A DNA stretch of 64,000 bases from positions 780 to 64,779 of IMG/VR virus record IMGVR_UViG_3300037419_000693; one strand, given 5' to 3'. The DNA comes from a virus. Its lineage: Duplodnaviria > Caudoviricetes. Below the pieces are notes generated by a model that worked only from the letters and a program-made list of their open reading frames with translations, had not been told where the DNA came from and did no database searches. Shown piece after piece: positions 36,988-46,097 of the stretch. A program made the translations under genes and the position numbers. The number at the start of each line of letters is the position of its first letter. Position 1 is the first letter of the stretch.

Positions 36988-37196
36988 TTACCGCTCTACC
37001 CTATATCTGGCTAGCCTTGGTGTCGAGCACCTTAACCGTACTAATGATTACCCGCAGAGATTTTCGGGCATACCTTCGGGAGTTCCTAACTGTTCTTGGT
37101 CTTGCTTTAGGTTCAGCGGTCCTAACCATGTGTGTGGTGGGACTCACCATCTGGAGCGTGTTTGCAATCCTACAGCAATACGGAGTATTGCAATGA
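36984..37196 (+). CDS. membrane microprotein 6 (70 aa)
   Basis: Two hydrophobic segments separated by RRDFRAYLREF; ATGA overlaps at both ends. Confidence 0.65.
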   Translation: MITALPYIWLALVSSTLTVLMITRRDFRAYLREFLTVLGLALGSAVLTMCVVGLTIWSVFAILQQYGVLQ

Positions 37197-38095
37197 GTAC
37201 AATCCAAAAACTTGCCGAGAGGGGGCTTGCTAAGCCCCCTCGCTGGCTGCCGAGTAATACAATTTTCGAATGCGTCGGCGGTTCTATCTCATATGGTGTG
37301 AGTGCCGATTCGTCGGATTATGACGTTTGGGGAATTGCTATCCCTATGAAGGACGACCTGTTTCCCCATCTCAAAGGGGAGATTCCAGGTTTCGGACACC
37401 AGCACCAACGATTCGAACAATACCAAGAACACCACATTAAGGACAAAGACGCACTCGGCGGAAAGGGGCGTGAGTATGACATTACGATTTACTCAATTGT
37501 AAAGTTTTTTCAACTCGCCCTAGACAACAACCCAAATATTTTAGACTGTCTCTTCGTTCCCCGAGAATGCATCCTTCACTGCACACAAGTCGGGAATATC
37601 ATTCGGGAGAACCGTAAGCTTTTCTTGAGTAAGCAGGCATGGCCAAAATTTAAAGGTTACGCCTATGCTCAGGCTCACAAGCTATCTAACAAGACCCCTA
37701 TCGGCAAACGTATCGAGCTAGTTGAGAAGTACGGGTATGATGTCAAATTTGGCTATCATATCGTGAGACTTCTCTCTGAAGTTGAGCAAATCCTCACCGA
37801 AGGCGATTTAGACATCCAGAGAAACCGCGAACAACTCAAAGCGATTCGACGTGGTGAATGGACCGAGAAGGATTTGCGAGACTGGTTCGCACAAAAAGAG
37901 GTTTCGCTAGAGAAGGTTTATCTCGAAAGCAAGCTGCGTCAGAAACCAGACGAGGCGGCAATCAAGGCAGTCCTGCTTAACTGTCTTGAGACTCATTACG
38001 GCAGCTTACAGGACTGCTTAGTCAGCGTCGAACCTGCTATCGTGGCACTCAAGAACATCCAAGCGGAACTTGATAAGGTAAAAGGACTGCTATGA
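37193..38095 (+). CDS. Pol-beta superfamily nucleotidyltransferase (RlaP-like)
   Basis: GGSISYGVSADSSDYDVWG (GS...DxD), NNPNILDCLF, YDVKFGYHIVRLL; ATG at 37193 overlapping the upstream stop. Confidence 0.88.
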   Translation: MSTIQKLAERGLAKPPRWLPSNTIFECVGGSISYGVSADSSDYDVWGIAIPMKDDLFPHLKGEIPGFGHQHQRFEQYQEHHIKDKDALGGKGREYDITIYSIVKFFQLALDNNPNILDCLFVPRECILHCTQVGNIIRENRKLFLSKQAWPKFKGYAYAQAHKLSNKTPIGKRIELVEKYGYDVKFGYHIVRLLSEVEQILTEGDLDIQRNREQLKAIRRGEWTEKDLRDWFAQKEVSLEKVYLESKLRQKPDEAAIKAVLLNCLETHYGSLQDCLVSVEPAIVALKNIQAELDKVKGLL

Positions 38096-38535
38096 GCACA
38101 CTCACAAAACTCGAAGAGTTGAAACGCGACATCAACAACGCCATCATCACAGCCAGACATTTGGCATCAACATTTGCCGAACAGGCAAAGCTTGCCCGCG
38201 AAATGGAACTCAAGGCAGCCGCCGAGAAAAGGGAGATGGATGAATTCAACGTCATCGCCCCCTACCTCAAAAAACTTCCCGAGTTGATGAGAGAGGCGGG
38301 ACGCAAGGGGTCGACGATAGTTCGCTTCGAACTCCCCACAGACGACTTCAAAGACTATAACGGCCACCGCACCAGCACTCCGAAAACCAATTCGACCACT
38401 GCAACGCTTATGAGGTATTTCACAAACGCAGGGTTGCCGGTTCAAACACGAATCATCACCACCCAGGAAGAGGATAGTGGTGCATACGACGAACGGATTA
38501 TCTGGAATGTGTACGAATTGGAGGTCAAATTCTAA
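38092..38535 (+). CDS. hypothetical protein
   Basis: Coiled-coil N-terminus; ATGA coupling. Confidence 0.6.
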   Translation: MSTLTKLEELKRDINNAIITARHLASTFAEQAKLAREMELKAAAEKREMDEFNVIAPYLKKLPELMREAGRKGSTIVRFELPTDDFKDYNGHRTSTPKTNSTTATLMRYFTNAGLPVQTRIITTQEEDSGAYDERIIWNVYELEVKF

Positions 38536-38960
38536 TGCAATACGAAGTTCGACAAAAGGATGGCTGGTATTACATCTACCGAGTCGGGCCTACGGGCGAC
38601 CGGGATATGTGGGACTCTTTCCATGATTCGTGGGATACCCGCGAACGTTGGGCCGCACCCTACTCAAGTGAGGCCAGCGTGAGGGAAGCGGTACGAAGGA
38701 ACAAGTTCTTCCCCTGCGTCATCGTCAAGGAAGAGATTCTCCCCGAACCAGAAGAGAAGGAATCGGAGATTCCGACTCTCAGCTTCGAAGACCTGGCGGT
38801 AGGAGAACGATACATCTACTTCTTAGGTAACGACCCTACCACACATCATGTCTTCCAAAAACTCAACGTGACCGACGCCCAAAACTGTTTTACCGGTGGT
38901 ACGATACGAAACATCAACCACTATAAAACCGGAAAGGTTATCAGGGTAAGATTTTCATGA
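38535..38960 (+). CDS. hypothetical protein
   Basis: TAATG coupling. Confidence 0.6.
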   Translation: MQYEVRQKDGWYYIYRVGPTGDRDMWDSFHDSWDTRERWAAPYSSEASVREAVRRNKFFPCVIVKEEILPEPEEKESEIPTLSFEDLAVGERYIYFLGNDPTTHHVFQKLNVTDAQNCFTGGTIRNINHYKTGKVIRVRFS

Positions 38961-38980
38961 TCGAACAAAACCGATGACTA

Positions 38981-39009
38981 GAAAAGGGTGGCCTCGTGCC
39001 ACCCTTTTC
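38981..39009. terminator. Rho-independent terminator (potentially bidirectional)
   Basis: 12-bp inverted repeat GAAAAGGGTGGC/GCCACCCTTTTC with A- and T-tracts at the base. Confidence 0.75.
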
Positions 39010-39067
39010 GCATTTAGGGGTAACGTCCTGATTAGGAACTAATCACCCATATCAGGAGGGTACGCCA

Positions 39068-40000
39068 ATGTTCAGAAGCATAATCTCTCTAATTTTGCTA
39101 CTATGGTTGCCCCAAGCTGGACAATACCATTCTCAGCACATCACACCGACAGGTATGGCCCTAGACCGTAGCTCCGACCGACACACGGTCAGCATAGCCG
39201 CATCCGGATTCGCCATGGTGAATTGGGCGTTGCTGCTACCCAAGGATGAGGCCATCCTTAAAATCAACAAGTGTATCGTGGCAACCTTGAGACACAACCC
39301 GGCCAAGAATCGCGGCTGGCTCTACCACTTCCTGGACGACCAAGGTCGACCAAAGGTTAACTCCGAAGTCTCCACCATCGATTCCGCCATCTTCTACGCC
39401 GGTGCAAAGAAGGCCGCTCAGATTCTAGGCGACCCAAAGCTAATCCGAACCGTGGACAACCTCATAAAGCAAATCGACGTAGACTTTGTAAGGCAGGGGA
39501 GTTATATCGCTCACGGCTTCCATTGGGTGGGCGACACCCCGGTCTTCATCAACAATGTGTGGGAGGATTACTCGGAGGGGGTCATCATCTACAAGCTGTT
39601 CGGGCTGGAATACGTCCCACGGAAGGTGAGATACGACTTGCCGCTGTTCGTCTATTACTATCCGCTCGCGTTCTTCCAGGATGGCGTGATTGAGGGCTAT
39701 CTTCGTGAGGCTGTGAGGTATCAGAAGAAGACTTACGGATGGTGGGGTGTTACGGCGTGCGACGGACCGAACGGCTATCAAGCGAACAATTCAAATATAA
39801 TCAGCCCATTGTCAATGCACACCGTAGCGTGTATCTTGCCCGAACTCCGCAAAGATGTGGACGCCCTTAAGAGAGACGTAGAGTCCCCCGCCTTCGATGT
39901 CAGGTCGTCTTGGGTGGCCAAAGACCGGATCGGAATCGATGATATGTGCTGCGTGGCTATCTTCGGCCAATACGACGTGGAACGAGTTGACGCTCGCTGA
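39068..40000 (+). CDS. secreted glycoside hydrolase, GH144/glucoamylase-like (alpha/alpha)6 family
   Basis: Signal peptide MFRSIISLILLLWLPQA; GWLYHFLD...SEVSTIDSAIF, WEDYSEG, YYYPLAF, WGVTACDGPNGY. Confidence 0.75.
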   Translation: MFRSIISLILLLWLPQAGQYHSQHITPTGMALDRSSDRHTVSIAASGFAMVNWALLLPKDEAILKINKCIVATLRHNPAKNRGWLYHFLDDQGRPKVNSEVSTIDSAIFYAGAKKAAQILGDPKLIRTVDNLIKQIDVDFVRQGSYIAHGFHWVGDTPVFINNVWEDYSEGVIIYKLFGLEYVPRKVRYDLPLFVYYYPLAFFQDGVIEGYLREAVRYQKKTYGWWGVTACDGPNGYQANNSNIISPLSMHTVACILPELRKDVDALKRDVESPAFDVRSSWVAKDRIGIDDMCCVAIFGQYDVERVDAR

Positions 40001-40066
40001 AACCGTACCTAGACTTCATATGAAGGGGCGATCGTCCCCACCAACCAACCCATATGAGGCTTAGAG

Positions 40067-40870
40067 ATGGAAGAATTAGGATGTGGAGTGGTCGTGGTCG
40101 TCTTGGTTATCGCTATTGCGACCGGGATGTCAAAAGGGTGTGATAGCTCGACACCGCCAGCACAACAAACGGTGACCGTGACCAAGACTGTGCCCATTAA
40201 AGGCGGAACCGACAAGGGGACTGAACCGATCGTTCAACCCCAAGTCGTGCAGCCGATGCAGGAAGTGACTGTCGAGACGACGACCAAGTTCGTGCCGCCC
40301 GACTTCACCTTCGGCACACTTGCTTTCTGGATTCTCGCCGTCGCAGTCTTTGTCGCGTTGATTCCATGTGTGGAGTTCGAATATGGGATTATCGGGGCCT
40401 TATGCTTGATTATCTTTCTAGGGATTTTGGAAACCCTAGGAAATACACGCCCTCTGGAATATCTAAGAGGGAACCCAATCAACATTGGCCTATGCGTAGT
40501 GGCCCATTATCTTGCCGGGGTGGTCTGGGGATTCTTGAAATGGTATATGTTTGCACTAGATGCAAAGTTTGCCATGTTCGAATACAAGGAAAAATGGCTA
40601 GCCGACAACGGTGCGTCAGACCCTAGGAATATCACCCCTGAGATTCAAGCCAAGTGGGCAAGGAATACTACGAAGCCCTCCAGACCACTTGCCAGGGATA
40701 ACAAATCCAAGATTATCCACTGGATTTCCTTCTGGGAAGTGTCGTTGGCCTGGACGGTGGTGAAAGCCCTGCTCTGCGATGTGACCAAGATGATTTTCCG
40801 GCACATCGCCAAGTCTCTTCAGAGGGTGTCGGATTTCGTGTGGCGGGACGTCAGCGACCAATTGGTCTAA
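40067..40870 (+). CDS. multi-pass membrane protein
   Basis: N-terminal hydrophobic helix, P/T/Q-rich linker, then several hydrophobic segments. Confidence 0.65.
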   Translation: MEELGCGVVVVVLVIAIATGMSKGCDSSTPPAQQTVTVTKTVPIKGGTDKGTEPIVQPQVVQPMQEVTVETTTKFVPPDFTFGTLAFWILAVAVFVALIPCVEFEYGIIGALCLIIFLGILETLGNTRPLEYLRGNPINIGLCVVAHYLAGVVWGFLKWYMFALDAKFAMFEYKEKWLADNGASDPRNITPEIQAKWARNTTKPSRPLARDNKSKIIHWISFWEVSLAWTVVKALLCDVTKMIFRHIAKSLQRVSDFVWRDVSDQLV

Positions 40871-40965
40871 GATCCGACCACGGAAGCGGTCAGCAAGGCC
40901 CCTGGAAGACGCGAGATAAGCCTGGCGGGGACTAGAAGGTCAGATCATACGTTGGACACTATCTT

Positions 40966-40999
40966 GGAACGCACCGGGCATCCGGTGCGTTCCTTTTTT
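40966..40999 (+). terminator. Rho-independent terminator
   Basis: 12-bp stem GGAACGCACCGG/CCGGTGCGTTCC with GCAT loop, followed by TTTTTT. Confidence 0.85.
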
Positions 41000-41016
41000 G
41001 TTGATGGAGAACCATT

Positions 41017-41841
41017 ATGGGCGGCAAGGCTTGGACGGAAGAAGAGAAAGAGTTTGTCAAGATTCACGCCGATTCAATGACAAATAAAGAGATTGCAGAC
41101 AGGATAGGGCGAACAGCCTCATCAGTACAACTCTACGTTACGAGAAACTTGTTTTTAGGCGAAGACGAGAGAAAGCCGAGACGGAGGGATACTTATGCTG
41201 GTAGGCGAGTGGTGGTAGGACAAAGGTTTGGCAAACTGGAAGTGAAGAGAGTGTCGGAGGAAAAAGGAAAGACTCGATGTGTTTGCGTCTGTGATTGTAA
41301 TCCAGAAGTTGAGGTGGAGAGATTTAGTTCCGACTTGCACGCTCGGGACAATCATAGCTGTGGATGCGAGAAAATAATCAAAGCAACAGCTAGATGCACC
41401 ACGCATGGATTGTCAAAATCACCACTTTATATCCATTGGACCAAAATGAGAGATAGGTGCAACAACCCAAATAACGACGATTATCATAGGTATGGAGGCA
41501 GAGGTATCACGGTATGTGATGAGTGGGAAGATTTTGCCAGATTTCACGAGTGGGCTAACGGCCACCCGGATTATTCACCTGGGAAAACTGTCCATCGTAA
41601 GAATAACGACAAAGGGTACTCTCCAGGCAATTGCACTTGGGCTACTCCTAAAGAACAAGCAAACTCCCGTTCTACGAATCGACTATTAACCCTATTGGGA
41701 GAAACCAAAACGGTAAAGCGATGGTCTGAAGACAGTAGAGCGAAAGCTTGTGAGATAACTATAAGAACCAGAATATCGAACGGGTGGAGTGACGAAAGTG
41801 CCGTGCTGACCGAACCCAGAAAACAAAACAAGGGGGCATAA
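41017..41841 (+). CDS. HNH-type homing endonuclease with N-terminal HTH
   Basis: AWTEEE..FV...NKEIADRIGRT; CVCDC..SCGC; YHRYGGRGITVC; HRKNNDKGYSPGNCTWAT.KEQAN. Confidence 0.8.
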   Translation: MGGKAWTEEEKEFVKIHADSMTNKEIADRIGRTASSVQLYVTRNLFLGEDERKPRRRDTYAGRRVVVGQRFGKLEVKRVSEEKGKTRCVCVCDCNPEVEVERFSSDLHARDNHSCGCEKIIKATARCTTHGLSKSPLYIHWTKMRDRCNNPNNDDYHRYGGRGITVCDEWEDFARFHEWANGHPDYSPGKTVHRKNNDKGYSPGNCTWATPKEQANSRSTNRLLTLLGETKTVKRWSEDSRAKACEITIRTRISNGWSDESAVLTEPRKQNKGA

Positions 41842-41854
41842 GCCCCCTTGTTTT
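41825..41854. terminator. bidirectional terminator at the convergence of the two gene blocks
   Basis: 13-bp inverted repeat AAAACAAGGGGGC/GCCCCCTTGTTTT with ATAA loop. Confidence 0.8.
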
Positions 41855-41865
41855 AATAGACATAT

Positions 41866-42510
41866 TTACAGATATTCAAGTGATGTGTAAAGGCCATACT
41901 GCGACTTGCTGCCTATGGCGTCTGGCGAAGCACTCAAAGCCACATACCAATCGTGCTGCGTCGAAGTGGTGTTGCTACCATTCGGAGACAGACCGCTCAG
42001 ACCGGGAGAGGCAACAAGGCTCAATGGCGGGTCGTACGTGACACCGTTGATGGTTCCACCAGAACCTCCAAGGTGCTTCCATGTTGTGTCGCCCGAGCCG
42101 AGCGGGGATGCCGTGGCCCACGGATGGATGATTTGAGCACCATAAGTCGTAACACCAGTCGCGGGAACATTGATATTTACGCGGTCGAAGATACGAACCT
42201 GGGCATTCTGAGTCTTAATCGCACTAGTATGCGTAAACCTAATGTTGAGCGTAGCTAGCTGGTTAGGGATACCCTGCAATACTCTCACGTCGCCAGCACC
42301 TAGGTCACCCGATGCTGAGTGGACATACTTGACGTTGTTAGCCTTCGGACCTTGGAGGGCACCGGTCGAGTCGGTAATGAAGGTGTTATCCTGGAAACTA
42401 CCCACATTAACCGATGAACCAAAACCTGCCGAACCGTAGAAGCCAAGTCCGGAACCGGCCAAATCGTTGACTGTATTCGAGAAGTAGCAAATGAAATTAA
42501 TCTGAGCCAT
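41866..42510 (-). CDS. putative virion/tail structural protein
   Basis: G/S/T/N-rich, beta-type composition; GGAG upstream; last gene of the tail block. Confidence 0.6.
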   Translation of the reverse strand: MAQINFICYFSNTVNDLAGSGLGFYGSAGFGSSVNVGSFQDNTFITDSTGALQGPKANNVKYVHSASGDLGAGDVRVLQGIPNQLATLNIRFTHTSAIKTQNAQVRIFDRVNINVPATGVTTYGAQIIHPWATASPLGSGDTTWKHLGGSGGTINGVTYDPPLSLVASPGLSGLSPNGSNTTSTQHDWYVALSASPDAIGSKSQYGLYTSLEYL

Positions 42511-42543
42511 GTTTTAACTCCAGAAAGTTGAAAGGGGACGATG

Positions 42544-42557
42544 TCATAAGTTACACC
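42544..42557 (-). promoter_or_regulatory. candidate phage promoter motif GGTGTA-N3-TA
   Basis: Minus strand GGTGTAACTTATGA, 34 nt upstream of the ATG; same spacing at 60659-60672, 61822-61835 and 61862-61875. Confidence 0.4.
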
Positions 42558-45500
42558 TTACGAACAAGACCCGGCGATTATCCGCCATTTGTTATCTAAT
42601 TGGTCATATGCCGCACACACCTTAGAACCCGCCGCAAAGGCGGTTGATAGTCCGCCAAAGCTTTCAAACACAACGACCTTGTCACTGTTTGCCGCTGAAG
42701 AAGTGATACTCATCAGACCCGAACCGCCATTGTTGATAGACACATCGAGCGTGCCGAACAGGAACGTGGGGATGGTCCAAATCTTACGCCAGTTATCCCA
42801 GAACAGACCTACCGGACCCGCCTTCCACAGTTCAGATTTGCTACGATAGTTGTCCATGAACGTGTTGCCCATCTGATACGATTTCAGAGAGTCGTCACCG
42901 GGCGTGCTACTCGCATTCGGCACCGGCTTGCCCGTGTACTCAAATCCCCAGCCCACAACTTCAAGCGGACCGCGTAATCCAAGGGCACGAGTGTTGTCGT
43001 ACATCGGCGGCACGTCGGACGCCAACGCCTTTTTCTGGTGGACGCCTCGATACACATCACCCCATGCAAGATAGTCGATATCATTACCACTACCCAACGG
43101 GTCGAGACTCTTTCTATTAGGACTCTTGTCGTCCTGAGTACCTTTCATCTTCTCGTAGTGGGGCATGCCCGTAGGTGTTGGGGTGCCTGACGGGTCAGGT
43201 ATACTCTCACCGATAATCTGAGTCGAGAACGGTCGTAGCAAACCTTCCATCGTCATCAAGGCGGTATCCTTGAAATACTCAGGATTATCACCACGCAAGT
43301 TCGCGATAGCCTCTTGGGGCGTCATCGTCCCGACCTGAGTACGATAGCCGTATTGGTCGGACTTAGTGACTCTCCCCATCAAGACTGCGTGCGGGGTGGA
43401 CTGAGCGACCGCACGCGAAGTGTTCGCCATGAATCCTCTCTGACCCGCCGCAATGATTTGTTGCATCTGGGAACGTTGCTGGAATAGAACCCTCACAGCA
43501 CGACGCATGTCCTGTGCGGCAAGACCAAGCCGTCTCATCCTATCCGCCGACTCGCGTGCGAACGCACCAAACTTCTTCGTGTACGTCTGCATTGAATAGG
43601 ACGTCGTCACGCCAGACACACCGATAGAAACTTGAAGGCCCGTCACTGTCGGCCCATCAATCACCAATTCGTCTCCCAGATTCGCAGTCGGTGTGCCCGC
43701 GATGTCGAGAGTTCCTGTTTCGATAATCTGCTGATTCGTGGCACTCTCGGCTAGCTTGGCGTTGGCCACAAGGTCTAGCGTGGTGAAGTCACCATAATTC
43801 CAGGGGACCAAACCTTCGTCACGCTGGAAGTTCACCTTGCCAGGTGCCCCCTTAAGAACCCATGGACCGTAGCTGTCTCTGTTCGACTTGACGGGCAACG
43901 CCACCGCATCGGGGCGATATGGGGCCGGGTGAAGTCTCATGGGGAAACTTCCGTTTCTCAAGGCGTAAGCGTACACTAAGCTTTCGTCGGGTACTCCCAA
44001 GACGAAAGCAAGGTCTTGCACGCCACCTAACGGGTCCGGAGCAAGTCCATAGAGTGGGGCGGCAAGATTCACAACTACATACGGAAAGAATTGACCAGGC
44101 GGATATACGATACCAATAGATTGGTCAATCTGTGCCTTCATGTATATTGTGCTATCACCCTGCAATACAGCCGCATCGGCCGGAAGCCTTTGCAAATCCA
44201 CCGTAGTCGGTTTGATGTTGGAGAACTTGACAAAGCATTCGAATCTACCATCGGGAGCGAGAAACGTATCTTCGTTGAAAAAACTTAGACCGAGCGGCAT
44301 CGACGCATCCGGAACGAAACCAGCGTCGGCCGGTTCGTCAGAAGATACGACGTGAGTGGTTTCGTTCTCATACTTCCAGTAAATCAAGAACGGTAATCTA
44401 ACAAGGAATTTGCGACCAAAGTATTCTTCCGCATAGGTGCGAACAAATTCATAGACTCGCTGTGCCCTCTGGACCCAATAGTCTGACTCGTTCATTTGAC
44501 CGAATCGTAGAATCGCCTCTTCGTTTTCAGCAATCAAGTCGTGCTGGAAAATTACGTCTGGGAAAATCTCTGCGAGTTCCGTCGTTGAATCGATGGCACT
44601 AACAAGATTGATAGTCGCTGCCTTATCCGGGTCGGTCTTGAGCACATACGCGGCCCAAGAGTCGAAGTCGGCCAGTGCGAATCTCAACTCGGGAATGTCA
44701 ACCCTGTAAGTGGTCGACCCCATGATGTCGATAATCGGCATGGCGTTCAGATTGACGGTGTGACCGAATTCCGGCTGACCCTGACCCACGATGACCTGAT
44801 TGTTCATATCCATCCCCCAATACGGCCAAATCGTCTGGTCCATATTGAAGTTGATAATCTGATTCAGACTAATCAAGTCCCCGCCGATGAGAACCGAACT
44901 CGTGATGTCGTTTCTGAGTTCTAGACCAAACGAGGAATTGGTGACATTGGTCTGTTTCTTAATGAAGGCTTCGATGGCACCGACGACCGGCTGTTGTAGT
45001 CTGCTGACGGCCTTGAATTTAATAACCCCGCCATCGAGATAGCAAATGTAGTCGCAACCGCTGTCCTGACAGAGTTGGCTGATAGCCTCCAACAGACTCA
45101 CGGCGACACCGCCGATGCGATAGTAGGTGGGCGGAAGCGGCAACCCGCTCAAGTCAATGTGGTAGGAGTAACCCATAAACTGCAACGGTCCGCCAAAGTC
45201 GCCTTGTCCGCTGCTACTGGTAATCTCATGGATGGCTGGCAGAATGCCGAGATTGCTGACCGAGGGATTGATTGTGATACTGCCGCCCTGAGACGAAGTG
45301 TCGATACTCAGGTTCGCTAGCGGCGTATTCCACACCATGCCCGACTCGTTCGTCAAAGCACCGCCAAATCCAACAAGATTTTCGTAATATCCGAATGCGT
45401 TGATAAGGTTTGGTATGTTGCGGGTTGTGCCGCGATAAGAGCCAAGAATGACCTGGACGCCCGCTAGGATCTCGCGGGGGTCGGTCAAGACGATCTCGTA

Positions 45501-45752
45501 GACCGGCTTGCCGTCGAAGCCGTCCTTTTCGAGCCAACGCTGCACGATGCCTTCGAAGATAAGGCTCTCAAATTCAAGACGGGCCGGAGTACCGGGTAGG
45601 GGTCTTTCGAAGCTATCTCCGTTGATTACGTCCTCTACAAGCCCTACTGTGACCGTGCTCGACTGCTCATTCCAGCCAAGGCTACAAGAGATCGACGTGA
45701 CCGACGCTCCGCAAAGTCGGGTTTGGGTGAACGGACCTGTTATGTTTGCCAT
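42558..45752 (-). CDS. large distal tail/baseplate-hub-like protein
   Basis: 1064 aa, third gene after the tape measure; N-terminal SISCSLGWNEQSSTVTVGL typical of hub-position proteins; function inferred from position. Confidence 0.55.
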   Translation of the reverse strand: MANITGPFTQTRLCGASVTSISCSLGWNEQSSTVTVGLVEDVINGDSFERPLPGTPARLEFESLIFEGIVQRWLEKDGFDGKPVYEIVLTDPREILAGVQVILGSYRGTTRNIPNLINAFGYYENLVGFGGALTNESGMVWNTPLANLSIDTSSQGGSITINPSVSNLGILPAIHEITSSSGQGDFGGPLQFMGYSYHIDLSGLPLPPTYYRIGGVAVSLLEAISQLCQDSGCDYICYLDGGVIKFKAVSRLQQPVVGAIEAFIKKQTNVTNSSFGLELRNDITSSVLIGGDLISLNQIINFNMDQTIWPYWGMDMNNQVIVGQGQPEFGHTVNLNAMPIIDIMGSTTYRVDIPELRFALADFDSWAAYVLKTDPDKAATINLVSAIDSTTELAEIFPDVIFQHDLIAENEEAILRFGQMNESDYWVQRAQRVYEFVRTYAEEYFGRKFLVRLPFLIYWKYENETTHVVSSDEPADAGFVPDASMPLGLSFFNEDTFLAPDGRFECFVKFSNIKPTTVDLQRLPADAAVLQGDSTIYMKAQIDQSIGIVYPPGQFFPYVVVNLAAPLYGLAPDPLGGVQDLAFVLGVPDESLVYAYALRNGSFPMRLHPAPYRPDAVALPVKSNRDSYGPWVLKGAPGKVNFQRDEGLVPWNYGDFTTLDLVANAKLAESATNQQIIETGTLDIAGTPTANLGDELVIDGPTVTGLQVSIGVSGVTTSYSMQTYTKKFGAFARESADRMRRLGLAAQDMRRAVRVLFQQRSQMQQIIAAGQRGFMANTSRAVAQSTPHAVLMGRVTKSDQYGYRTQVGTMTPQEAIANLRGDNPEYFKDTALMTMEGLLRPFSTQIIGESIPDPSGTPTPTGMPHYEKMKGTQDDKSPNRKSLDPLGSGNDIDYLAWGDVYRGVHQKKALASDVPPMYDNTRALGLRGPLEVVGWGFEYTGKPVPNASSTPGDDSLKSYQMGNTFMDNYRSKSELWKAGPVGLFWDNWRKIWTIPTFLFGTLDVSINNGGSGLMSITSSAANSDKVVVFESFGGLSTAFAAGSKVCAAYDQLDNKWRIIAGSCS

Positions 45753-46097
45753 CCTATATTGTCCTTAAGAAATATACCAAGTCGTGCATAACTTGATTAA
45801 AAAGTTTTTGGTTGACGCAACCCTCTTACGAGCGGTTAGTTTAGCTGAATTCCTGAGAAAAAATAAAACAGGTTTTGTGACAAAAACCCCCTACTCGGGG
45901 TACTATAACCGTAGGGAAACGAAGAGAAGGCAGGGGAGGTTACTCGCTAGAAGAATTACCTGACACTTGTGGCTACTGTGAGACGATACGGCCCTCTAGG
46001 ACACCGGTTACTTGAGCGGTCGTTCCTTTCAAGCGATCTTTAAATACTCGGGGCAACCGGTGTGTCCCGAGCTTATGAACCAGTGAACTCTGATGGG
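45753..46097. other. 345-bp non-coding intergenic region with repeats and hairpins
   Basis: Longest non-coding gap in the window; TACTCGGGG twice, GAGCGGT twice, ACACCGGTT/AACCGGTGT inverted pair. Confidence 0.6.

Noticed and set aside
39027-39056. Short palindrome TGATTAG-GAA-CTAATCA upstream of the glucanase gene
   Set aside because: Only 7 bp, single occurrence, no associated promoter recognised
40871-40946. Possible small structured RNA (SRP- or tRNA-like) before the terminator
   Set aside because: Has an 8/9 closing stem and a GGAA loop but lacks the SRP CAGG/AGCAG internal loop and tRNA T/D-arm signatures; too weak to call
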